From a virus (Duplodnaviria; Caudoviricetes), in the IMG/VR virus record IMGVR_UViG_3300038520_001928, positions 1 to 25,737 of that record: a stretch of 25,737 nt of DNA. One strand, given 5' to 3'. The notes under the pieces are model-generated. The model searched no databases. It was not told the DNA's origin and worked only from the letters and a program-made list of their open reading frames with translations. A program made the translations under genes and the position numbers. Positions 1 to 8,561 of the stretch are shown piece after piece. Numbering within the stretch: the stretch's first letter is position 1; the number at the start of each line of letters is the position of its first letter.

Positions 1-699
1 CGTTCGCTCCCAGAAGTTGAGCGGAAGAGACTTCTTGACGGGGATTGGGATGTGGCAGAGGGAGCAGCCTTCCCAGAGTTTTCACGAGAGCGTCATGTGG
101 TCGAACATTTTGAGCTTCCCACCAACTGGCCCCGCATACGTGCCGCCGACTATGGTTACGCGAGTCCGTCGTGCGTTCTTTGGGGGGCTATTGACTGGGA
201 TAACAATATCTGGGTTTATCGTGAGCTTTATGCAAAACACTTGACAGCGGAAGACTTAGCCGCTAAAATACTAGAAGCGGAACAACTTGACCCGCTACCT
301 CATTATACTGTATTGGATTCTTCCTGCTGGAACAAGACGGGCATGGGTCCGTCCATAGCAGAAACCATGATGCGATCCGGCGTTAGGTGGGTGCCATCTG
401 ATCGTAATCGTATTCAGGGTAAGATGGAAGTACACCGTCGTCTAGGGGATGATCCTTACACAAATGAACCACGTCTTCGTATATTTTCTTCCTGCCAGCA
501 TATTATTAAGCAACTTGCAGGAATACCTCTCTCCAAAACCAACAGCGAGGATGTGGACACAAAAGCGGAAGACCACGCTTACGACGCATTGCGATATATG
601 GTGATGACACGTATGAGTGGATATGCTGCAATACATCAGCAGCTAGGTGCAATCAAGAATCACGTATATAAAGTACAAGATGAAGTATTCGGATACTAA
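1..699 (+). CDS. terL: Terminase large subunit, C-terminal nuclease domain (5' truncated by window edge)
   Basis: Frame is open from base 1 (RSLPEVERKRLLDGDWDVAEG...), so the listed start at 52 is internal. Motifs LxGDWD, RAADYGYASP (RNase H-like acidic residue) and EDHAYDALRY are typical of TerL. Confidence 0.93.
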   Translation, partial: RSLPEVERKRLLDGDWDVAEGAAFPEFSRERHVVEHFELPTNWPRIRAADYGYASPSCVLWGAIDWDNNIWVYRELYAKHLTAEDLAAKILEAEQLDPLPHYTVLDSSCWNKTGMGPSIAETMMRSGVRWVPSDRNRIQGKMEVHRRLGDDPYTNEPRLRIFSSCQHIIKQLAGIPLSKTNSEDVDTKAEDHAYDALRYMVMTRMSGYAAIHQQLGAIKNHVYKVQDEVFGY

Positions 700-702
700 T
701 CA

Positions 703-2862
703 ATGGCAGATGATTTAAATGATGTAATAGAACGTGCTGCCATAGATCTACAAAACATGATCGATACGGGTTCTATTCCTGAAGATGATGAAGGTCTATA
801 CGAAGCGTTTGGTGGTAAGAAGGGTGCAGGTAAAGTATCTGTTCCTAAAAAATTAACCGACAAGCAGATAGTAGCATACTTTGATTTTGTTGGAACACCA
901 CTAACTAGCAAATCAGAAATAGCTTCCGTCGTAGGTGCTGTTCGTAAAAATATGACAGCAGACATACCAACAACTGAATCGAAAAAAATGAGCATAGCTG
1001 ACAAAATAAAAAATAAAAACTTAACCGTCAGAGAGGCGATTGAAAATGCTGGCGTTACTTTAGCGACAGATAAAGGTGCACCAACTGTTTTAGTTAAAAA
1101 TATTGAGGCAGCAGGACTATCTTTAGATTCTCCGTGGGATGATATAAAGAGTAATGAATTTTTAATTAAGTTAAATGAGGTAGGCTCAGAAGCAAATTTT
1201 ACAACACTTACAACTGTAGAAAATCGTCTTAAAGAGGTCGCAAACGTAGGAGATGTTCCGTACCCATACACTACGGTGTTTGGCGCGGGTAGTAAATCAA
1301 GAAAAATAAAAGTAGATGGAAAGCCTTTAGAAAAGGCAGCACAGGCTCGTAGAAAAGGTAAACCAATTGGTGTGCCGGAAGCTAAACGTGCCATCCCTGC
1401 TTTTGTGCAGGGTATAAACGCGATACCAGATGATCAAGTTCGTGCTGCCGTAGCTTTTAATATGCTTGTGCCATTACGTCCCATTGAAGTATCAAATATC
1501 GGTATAGATGATATTGATTTTGAAACAGGTAAGTTTAAAGAAGCGTGGCGTCGTGGTAATAAAATTCGCAATGATATTGAACTGCCTGAAGTAGCCTTAG
1601 AATTACTACGTGATGCTAGAGATGCTGCGATTGCTAAAAATCAAGATAAAATATTCGATGTAGATACAGTTAAACTTACTAAAGCAACAAAAATACCCGG
1701 TGGTATTGCGGACCAATTTAAAAAATTTGAAAGTATAATGGGGCGTCCTTTTAAAGGATCGTCTGACATTAGAAAAATTGTGCCATCCCTCATGGTAGGC
1801 GAACTTCAAGCGGGTATCGAAGTTAGCACAATTATGGGGCATGCTTCTACTGATGAAATGATGGGTAGTATAAAGAAGATGACTGCCAGCAGTTATATTT
1901 CTCCTATCATTACGTCAGAAGGTAGTGCAGCCAAACAGGCTTTACGTGGCTACCATAATATGATTGCAGAAGTATTAGAACTTACTAGCTTAAATGAATT
2001 GCCTTCAACTATTGGCTTCTCTGCTAATGCTTTAACTACAAAAGACGCGCCAAAATTTGCTGTCGCACCTAAAAATTCAGACATTATACCTTCTCCAGAT
2101 AAACAAACCATAGGAACAATAACAGATTCGGATTTAGGTTTATTTGAAGACATAAAAGCGGAACGAAGCGCACAGCTACAGTTATCTGCCACACGAGCTG
2201 AGAGAGAAAGACTAAAGCTTGAAGCTGATATGCCACAGTTAAGTGAAGAGGCAATTAGACAGAAAGAAGAAGCAAAGCTACTAGATAAAAAAATACGTGA
2301 AGAAGTAAAAACAGCTAAAGACGCAGACGCTGGAAATGAACTACGTAAAAAGATACGTAACAGATTTACAACTCTTGGTCTAGCAACTGCAGGAGTTTTA
2401 GGAGCAACTCCCGGCCCGTTAGGAGACTTAGTTGGTTTAAGTATTGAATCTGCACTTGGCGATAAAAGGGATGAACCAGACAGATTTGATGTAGCAGAAG
2501 AGAGAGGACGAAAGGGTTTTGCAGAGCTATTTGGTATAGAAAGAGAACCCGGGGAGAAGAGTTTGACAACATCCCCCGGTGCATTAGTAGGCACAGCAGC
2601 AGAGCTATTTGGAGTCGGACTACCACCAAAAGTTCCAACAGACATAGCCCGTATGAGAGCGACACAACCTGATGCTCCCGCTGCCGCTCCACCTGCAGTC
2701 CCATCACTCGCACCCCCACCAATGAACATAAACATCCCCGATCCTGTTCAAACTAATCAGGGTATGCTCTCTGCAGAGGGGGCAAAGGACAGAGTTAACC
2801 AAGCAAGAAGTGCCGCACTTGCTGGTGAAGAAACAACACTTCGCGGCTCGTTTTTAAACTAA
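703..2862 (+). CDS. 719-aa protein with a central tyrosine-recombinase (core-binding plus catalytic) region and a low-complexity, virion-protein-like C-terminus
   Basis: LVPLRPIEVSNIGIDDIDF (R259), GNKIR (K287), SSDIRK (S354-x-x-R357), VSTIMGH (H380) and MTASSY (Y398) occur in canonical order. The C-terminal ~300 aa have a coiled coil, Gly-rich hydrophobic stretches and a Pro/Ala-rich tail. Confidence 0.75.
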   Translation: MADDLNDVIERAAIDLQNMIDTGSIPEDDEGLYEAFGGKKGAGKVSVPKKLTDKQIVAYFDFVGTPLTSKSEIASVVGAVRKNMTADIPTTESKKMSIADKIKNKNLTVREAIENAGVTLATDKGAPTVLVKNIEAAGLSLDSPWDDIKSNEFLIKLNEVGSEANFTTLTTVENRLKEVANVGDVPYPYTTVFGAGSKSRKIKVDGKPLEKAAQARRKGKPIGVPEAKRAIPAFVQGINAIPDDQVRAAVAFNMLVPLRPIEVSNIGIDDIDFETGKFKEAWRRGNKIRNDIELPEVALELLRDARDAAIAKNQDKIFDVDTVKLTKATKIPGGIADQFKKFESIMGRPFKGSSDIRKIVPSLMVGELQAGIEVSTIMGHASTDEMMGSIKKMTASSYISPIITSEGSAAKQALRGYHNMIAEVLELTSLNELPSTIGFSANALTTKDAPKFAVAPKNSDIIPSPDKQTIGTITDSDLGLFEDIKAERSAQLQLSATRAERERLKLEADMPQLSEEAIRQKEEAKLLDKKIREEVKTAKDADAGNELRKKIRNRFTTLGLATAGVLGATPGPLGDLVGLSIESALGDKRDEPDRFDVAEERGRKGFAELFGIEREPGEKSLTTSPGALVGTAAELFGVGLPPKVPTDIARMRATQPDAPAAAPPAVPSLAPPPMNINIPDPVQTNQGMLSAEGAKDRVNQARSAALAGEETTLRGSFLN

Positions 2863-2881
2863 TCATAGGGGAGAGAAACCT

Positions 2882-3115
2882 ATGGCGAATGCAACAACTG
2901 GTAATTACAACTACGGTGCTGCTTACATTATGAACTCTGACAAGGAGTCTGTTGATGATCAAGCAGGTGTAAACAAGCTTTACCGTGAAGGTCTGGAGTT
3001 TGAAACTCGTGTACAGACTGCACCTATCTATGAAGATATGCCTAAAAAGCAAACAAAGCCAACAGTTGAAGCTTCTTTCAACACAATGGCAGAAGACAGA
3101 AACTACTTTAGCTAG
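2882..3115 (+). CDS. Hypothetical protein (77 aa) upstream of portal
   Basis: GGGGAG Shine-Dalgarno upstream, fills the gap between neighbours, codon usage like the capsid genes. Confidence 0.75.
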   Translation: MANATTGNYNYGAAYIMNSDKESVDDQAGVNKLYREGLEFETRVQTAPIYEDMPKKQTKPTVEASFNTMAEDRNYFS

Positions 3116-3123
3116 GAACTAGC

Positions 3124-5226
3124 ATGTCTGAAAACTTTCTTGAGCCACCTGATGATACTCAGGTGCCACTGATCGAACCTGAAGAGAATATGCCGGGTCT
3201 TGCCGGACACATTCGTTCCAAGTTTGAAGATGCTGAAAATGGAAGATACACTTACGAACAACGTTGGCTGAAAGCTTTCAAAAACTTTCGTGGCATATAT
3301 GATTCGTCCACACAGTATCGTGACAGTGAGCGGTCCAGAGTATTTATCAAAATAACCAAGACAAAAGTTCTTGCTGCATACGGACAAATAATTGACATCC
3401 TGTTTGCAAACAAGAAATTTCCATTGGTTGTTGAGCCTACTCCTGTACCAGAGGGTATAGCAGAGTTTGCTCATATGAGAACGCCAATGGATGACATAGT
3501 TGACCCATATGGCTTTGAGGGTGACGGGCGAACGTTAGAACCGGGATCTATACAGGCATCACCTCAAGGAAGAGATTTTTTGGGTGGGTTGCAAAATAGA
3601 TATGATGGGATGCCTATAGTTGAGGGTCCAGCACTTTTGGGAGAAGCACAAATATCTCCTGCTCAAAAAGCTGCCCTTAATTTAGAAAAAACAATACACG
3701 ATCAGCTTTTAGATACGAGTGCTGTGAATGTATTTCGTAGTGCGATATTTGAGTCTGCGTTACTTGGCACAGGTGTTGTAAAGGGACCATTTAACTTTTA
3801 CAAAAGAATCCACCAATGGAAGCGTGATGAAAACGGACAAAGAATGTACCAACCCTACGAAAAGGTTGTGCCCCGTATTGAACACGTTTCTGCTTGGGAC
3901 TTTCATCCAGATCCATCTGCCACAAGTATCGAGGATTGTGAGTATGTAATTCAACGGCATCGTTTGAACAAACAACAGCTCCGTGCTTTGATAAACCTTC
4001 CATATTTTTATGTAGACGCAATTGAAAATGCATTAGCAAAAGGATCAAATTACGAAGACAAGTATTATGAAGATACAATTCGTGAAGATGAAACGGAAGC
4101 ATACTATCAGGAAAACAGATTTGAAGTTTTAGAATATTGGGGTGTTCTTGATAGATACTTTGCAGAAGAAGTAGGAATGGATCTGCCGGAAGAAATGTCC
4201 GGCTTGGATCAGATACAAGTAAACGTCTGGGTATGTGGTCCATTTGTTTTACGATGTGTTCTCAATCCGTTTACGCCAGCAAGAATACCATACCACGTAT
4301 TTCCATATGAAATAAACCCGTATCAGATGTGGGGTGTCGGTATCGCAGAAAATATGGAAGATGCACAGATGTTGATGAACGGTCACGTTCGTATGGCAAT
4401 CGATAATCTTTCTCTTGCAGGTAACTTGGTATTTGACGTGGACGAAGCAAGCTTAGTCCCCGGACAAAACATGGATATATTCCCCGGCAAGATCTTTCGT
4501 CGGCAATCGGGAGTGACAGGGACAGCCATAAACGGACTCAAGTTTCCTAACACAGCACCTGAAAACATACAGATGTATCAGATCAGTCGACAACTTGCGG
4601 ACGAAGAGACAGGCTTGCCGTCAATCATGCACGGTCAGACAGGTGTAAGCGGCACAGGACGAACAGCTTCAGGCTTGTCCATGCTTCTTGGTGGAGCAAG
4701 CTTATCTTTAAAAACTGTAATCAAAAATATAGACGACGCATTATTAAAACCTTTGGGAGAAGCATACTTCCAATGGAACATGCAATTCAACGATGGTGCA
4801 CCAGACATTGAGGGTGATTTAGAAATTAAACCACGTGGTGTTGCAGCCGTGATGCAGAAAGAAGTTCGCACACAACGACTTACAACTCTTCTGCAGACTG
4901 TTTCCAACCCCATGTTGGCTCCGTTTATCAAGATACCCAACCTGATGCGTGAGCTTGCAATAGCACAGGATATCGATCCTGACAGCTTAGTAAACGATGT
5001 GAGCGAAGCACAAATTTTTGCTGAGATGTTGAAAGGACTTGCAAATGCTCAACAAGCAGGAAGCCCGGAAAATCAGCCCCCTAGTGACCAACAAGGAAGC
5101 ATGGAGCAGCTTGGAGACGCTCCTGCAGGAGCAGATCCAAATGACGCTTCGGGCGTTGGTGGGGGCCAGATCGGAACTGGAAGTGTTCCGGCTGCAGGGG
5201 AAGATAACTTCACTGGAGACACTTAG
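3124..5226 (+). CDS. Portal protein
   Basis: 700 aa, between terL and scaffold/capsid. Motifs SRVFIKITKTKV, GTGVVKGP, WDFHPDP, WGVGIAE and RTASGLSML are typical of podovirus portals. Confidence 0.92.
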   Translation: MSENFLEPPDDTQVPLIEPEENMPGLAGHIRSKFEDAENGRYTYEQRWLKAFKNFRGIYDSSTQYRDSERSRVFIKITKTKVLAAYGQIIDILFANKKFPLVVEPTPVPEGIAEFAHMRTPMDDIVDPYGFEGDGRTLEPGSIQASPQGRDFLGGLQNRYDGMPIVEGPALLGEAQISPAQKAALNLEKTIHDQLLDTSAVNVFRSAIFESALLGTGVVKGPFNFYKRIHQWKRDENGQRMYQPYEKVVPRIEHVSAWDFHPDPSATSIEDCEYVIQRHRLNKQQLRALINLPYFYVDAIENALAKGSNYEDKYYEDTIREDETEAYYQENRFEVLEYWGVLDRYFAEEVGMDLPEEMSGLDQIQVNVWVCGPFVLRCVLNPFTPARIPYHVFPYEINPYQMWGVGIAENMEDAQMLMNGHVRMAIDNLSLAGNLVFDVDEASLVPGQNMDIFPGKIFRRQSGVTGTAINGLKFPNTAPENIQMYQISRQLADEETGLPSIMHGQTGVSGTGRTASGLSMLLGGASLSLKTVIKNIDDALLKPLGEAYFQWNMQFNDGAPDIEGDLEIKPRGVAAVMQKEVRTQRLTTLLQTVSNPMLAPFIKIPNLMRELAIAQDIDPDSLVNDVSEAQIFAEMLKGLANAQQAGSPENQPPSDQQGSMEQLGDAPAGADPNDASGVGGGQIGTGSVPAAGEDNFTGDT

Positions 5227-5281
5227 GGGCTTAAAAGAAGATTATGATGCTGCCATAGAAGCTAGGGACATAACTGATTAA
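5045..5281 (+). CDS. Small helical protein overlapping the portal 3' end
   Basis: AAAGGA at 5032-5037 precedes ATG 5045. The amphipathic helical sequence with FRLQG resembles small post-portal podophage proteins. Its stop overlaps the next ATG (TAATG). Confidence 0.75.
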   Translation: MLNKQEARKISPLVTNKEAWSSLETLLQEQIQMTLRALVGARSELEVFRLQGKITSLETLRGLKEDYDAAIEARDITD

Positions 5282-7584
5282 TGGATCAATTTAACAGGTA
5301 CACGCAGAACTACATGTATGGAACGTTAGGACCATATTATGGTGCCTTAGCGTTAGGTCGAACGGTTGGTATACCTTCTCCTTTCGAAACTGTAAATCGA
5401 GGGTTTTTCCTGCACGATAGTTTCCGTAGAGGGCGTGAAATGTTGGAACAACCAACAGATCCATTAGGAGAGGGTAGAGCTACTCCCGGACAGTATTCTA
5501 CTAGCACACGTACTCAAATAGATACAATAACAGGCCAACCCGTTGATACAACTTTTGTAGATGCTATGAAGGCTACACAGCCAGAAGAACCTCCAAAAGA
5601 ATCAGGACAATTGAGAGGAATTTTTGATAAATTTGGTTTGGCAAAAGCATATGATTATCTAGAGGATCGTCTGACTTCGTATATGGATTTTCCAATGGAG
5701 ATGAATCCTTTAACTGGTACGGTTCGTGCAACAGGACTTTCACCAATGTTGAAGGACATTCCGGGGGTAGGTTTTGTAACTCAATTTGCGGATGCTGCAC
5801 GACGACAAAACCTAGAAAATTTACATAACATAGCGGTCCAATCTGGTCGTGGACGTGCAGGATATAGTACAGGATTATTGGAAAATCAACTTGTTGGTGT
5901 AAAACCCCAAAGAGATACCTTTCATGGGAAGGTGCTTGGTTTTCTTGATATTGATTTAGAGGGGTATCAACTTCAAGGAAATATAGGATCATATGAAAAT
6001 GTTCCTCAATCAGTTTATGAAAGTGCATTAACAGAGGTATTATTAGAAAATCCCCCAATAGTGCACGGTCCTGCAAGGTCATTAGCTTTAGGCATAAAGC
6101 CGGGGCAGCTTGGGTATTATGGTGCTACAATGACGCAAACAAATTTAACTCCGTTATTGCAGGACAAGTTAGGCATTGATCGCAGTATGGTTCCCGGAGT
6201 CGCTAGTTACATTGATCGATCTGGAAATCGACGTGCAATAACTTCTGGAACTTATGTTAGTGATTTTGGTTTGACCGTACCAAACGTAGCGACCAATCTT
6301 GGATTTGCAAATACCGGATTTGAAGGCTTCAGTAATGTAGAGGGTGGCTTCACTGATTTTTCAGGGATTGATCCTACGGGAACAAGCCAAGCGTTTAGTA
6401 AATCTCCAGCAGCAGTGGTTGGTATGGAAGATGAATATGATGATGGTCGTGATGATCAAAGTCCCGGACGTGGAGCAACTGAATCCCAAAGAGAAGGATT
6501 TTCTAGAGAAGGTGGCCCCGGCGGTGCACCATTTAATAGGGGTGGTCGCGTGGGATACGCGATGGGCACACCAAAGGTAACACAGGGTTTCATCAACAAA
6601 GATCCTGACTCTGTAACCGATAAACAATCCATAGCCGACAATCGATATACAAAGGTTGAGTTAGCCACTATGGTTATGAATCAACCTTCAAATGACAAGT
6701 ACGAAAAACACCTTGATAAATTAATTGCAGAGGCAAAAAGAAACGTAAAACTATCAGACAAAAAATATAAAATGGTTGATGTTGCTTTATCAGACGGAGA
6801 ACGAACTATTCATCCAGAATACGTTGCCTACATAGAAAAGAAAATGGGCAAAGGGTACTTAGAAAAACTAAATGATGAAGGCAAGGCTGAAGTATCTCGT
6901 AGACAAGCAAAGTATGGATCAAAGGTTGGGGCTTCAAACGGGGGTTTCATAGAAAAACAAGGGATGGAAATCATAGATCAACCCTCTGGTGGCATAAATC
7001 AATTAAATGAAATTTATGATCAATATAAAAATAAATTTAAGTCGCCAGAAATAGCCCGTAAAAAAGCAAAAGAGCTATTTAAATCTTTACCTGCTGAAGA
7101 TGCTTTAGCCCTAGTGATGATGGGAGAGGCTTCTATCTTAGGAAGTGAAGGTATGAGAGGTGTCGCTCACGTTATTATGAATAGAACCGACTCTGATTTT
7201 AAAGACTTTTCAAAATTAAATAGTGTTTTTGATGTTGTTACTCAACGAACACAGGGCGGCAAAGGCATCTATCAGTTTAACGCTTTAGAGCCAAGAACTC
7301 TTAGAGAAACGTTAAGACAGATCACACAAACAAGTTATGGTAAAAATAAATACCAAAAGTTACGTAACGATGCAGAAGAAATTCTAGCAGGTGTACAGGA
7401 GGATTTTACACAGGGAAGTTTGTTCTTTTGGAATCCTGAAGAATCAACAGACAAAACTTTTAAAGAAAAAGTAGAATCTGGTGAATGGGTTCCGACAACA
7501 GAAACAGTTACAAATTTTGGTGGAAAAAAGGTACAGCACCAATATTTAATCCCTGAAAGTATCCGTCAGCTACCCGTTAACTAA
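5281..7584 (+). CDS. Probable internal virion (ejection) protein with C-terminal SleB/Hydrolase_2-type cell-wall hydrolase domain
   Basis: ALALVMMGEA (catalytic E616), GMRGVAHVIMNR, YQF and DFTQGSLFFWNP follow the SleB-family pattern. The N-terminal part is Gly-rich and low complexity. Confidence 0.78.
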   Translation: MDQFNRYTQNYMYGTLGPYYGALALGRTVGIPSPFETVNRGFFLHDSFRRGREMLEQPTDPLGEGRATPGQYSTSTRTQIDTITGQPVDTTFVDAMKATQPEEPPKESGQLRGIFDKFGLAKAYDYLEDRLTSYMDFPMEMNPLTGTVRATGLSPMLKDIPGVGFVTQFADAARRQNLENLHNIAVQSGRGRAGYSTGLLENQLVGVKPQRDTFHGKVLGFLDIDLEGYQLQGNIGSYENVPQSVYESALTEVLLENPPIVHGPARSLALGIKPGQLGYYGATMTQTNLTPLLQDKLGIDRSMVPGVASYIDRSGNRRAITSGTYVSDFGLTVPNVATNLGFANTGFEGFSNVEGGFTDFSGIDPTGTSQAFSKSPAAVVGMEDEYDDGRDDQSPGRGATESQREGFSREGGPGGAPFNRGGRVGYAMGTPKVTQGFINKDPDSVTDKQSIADNRYTKVELATMVMNQPSNDKYEKHLDKLIAEAKRNVKLSDKKYKMVDVALSDGERTIHPEYVAYIEKKMGKGYLEKLNDEGKAEVSRRQAKYGSKVGASNGGFIEKQGMEIIDQPSGGINQLNEIYDQYKNKFKSPEIARKKAKELFKSLPAEDALALVMMGEASILGSEGMRGVAHVIMNRTDSDFKDFSKLNSVFDVVTQRTQGGKGIYQFNALEPRTLRETLRQITQTSYGKNKYQKLRNDAEEILAGVQEDFTQGSLFFWNPEESTDKTFKEKVESGEWVPTTETVTNFGGKKVQHQYLIPESIRQLPVN

Positions 7585-7631
7585 CGGCCCTGACACAACC
7601 GACGCGGCTACCTACAGCCATGTAGCCCCGC
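7565..7631 (+). promoter_or_regulatory. Tandem two-hairpin RNA element in the scaffold-gene leader
   Basis: GTCAG-CTAC-CCGTT-AACT-AACGG-CC-CTGAC (7565-7594) and GCGG-CTAC-CTACA-GCCA-TGTAG-CC-CCGC (7604-7631). Same internal loop, different stems, ending 5 nt before the GAGGT RBS. Confidence 0.65.
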
Positions 7632-7648
7632 AAACTGAGGTAAATAAA

Positions 7649-8536
7649 ATGGCAAAAAAAGTACGCGGCATTCGTGCCAATAAACCAAATGACTCATTTG
7701 GTACCATCAATAGCGAAACACTTTATCGTAACGAATATAAAGCAGACGTTTACAAAGACGACGATGAAGAAACCAATATTGAAGAAACGCAAGAAGAAGA
7801 TCAACCTGAAGAGAAAGCAGCAGAATCTTTTGTAGAAGCTTCGGAATCAACCGAAGAAAAGCATGACTACAAAAAGAGGTATGATGATCTCAAACGTCAT
7901 TACGATGAAAAGGTGCGAGACTTCAAACAGCGTGAAAAAGAGATGGAAGAAGCTATGCAAACCGTAGCAACTAATCCAGACATCTCTTTACCAAAATCTC
8001 CAGAAGAGTTGGAAAAGTTCAAGCAAGAATACCCAGATGTATACGATGTTGTTGAGACTATCGCATCTATGAAAGCTCAAGAACGATCACAGGGTCTTCA
8101 AGAGGAACTGGAAACAATTAAAGAAAGAGAGCAGGAGTTAAAGGTTCAAAGTGCATACCGCGAACTGTTGAACAATCACCCAGACTTTAATGAAATAAAG
8201 ACTGATGAGAAGTTCTTAACTTGGCTTGACGAACAACCGGAATCTATTTCCGATGGTATTTATAAAAACAATACCGACGCTCGTTGGGCTTCACGAGTTA
8301 TCGATCTGTACAAAGCAGATGCGGGTATCTCAAAAAAGAAGAAAACCAAATCTACAGAAGCAGCAGCTACTGCTGTAAAATCACCAAAAGCAAAGGACAT
8401 TACGTCCGAAGCATCTGGAGATAAAAAGATTTGGAAAGCTTCACAAATCGCCCGGATGAAACCGTGGGAGTTTGAAAAGGTGGAAGCCGAATTGGACGCA
8501 GCACGGGCAGAGGGGCGAATCGACTTAAACTCATAG
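7649..8536 (+). CDS. Capsid scaffolding protein
   Basis: Acidic coiled-coil protein directly before the capsid gene, with HDYKKRYDDLKRH and C-terminal ELDAARAEGRI. GAGGT RBS at 7637-7641. Confidence 0.85.
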   Translation: MAKKVRGIRANKPNDSFGTINSETLYRNEYKADVYKDDDEETNIEETQEEDQPEEKAAESFVEASESTEEKHDYKKRYDDLKRHYDEKVRDFKQREKEMEEAMQTVATNPDISLPKSPEELEKFKQEYPDVYDVVETIASMKAQERSQGLQEELETIKEREQELKVQSAYRELLNNHPDFNEIKTDEKFLTWLDEQPESISDGIYKNNTDARWASRVIDLYKADAGISKKKKTKSTEAAATAVKSPKAKDITSEASGDKKIWKASQIARMKPWEFEKVEAELDAARAEGRIDLNS

Positions 8537-8561
8537 ACCTCAAAACAGGAAGGATCGAACA

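Noticed and set aside
17-244. 75-aa + strand ORF, and the listed start of terL at 52
   Set aside because: The 75-aa ORF is an alternative frame inside terL. The terL frame is open from base 1, so 52 is not the true start.
703-2881. Prophage boundary or attP next to the recombinase-like gene
   Set aside because: Flanking gaps are only 3 and 19 nt, both neighbours are core phage genes, and no host DNA, tRNA fragment or arm-type repeats are visible.
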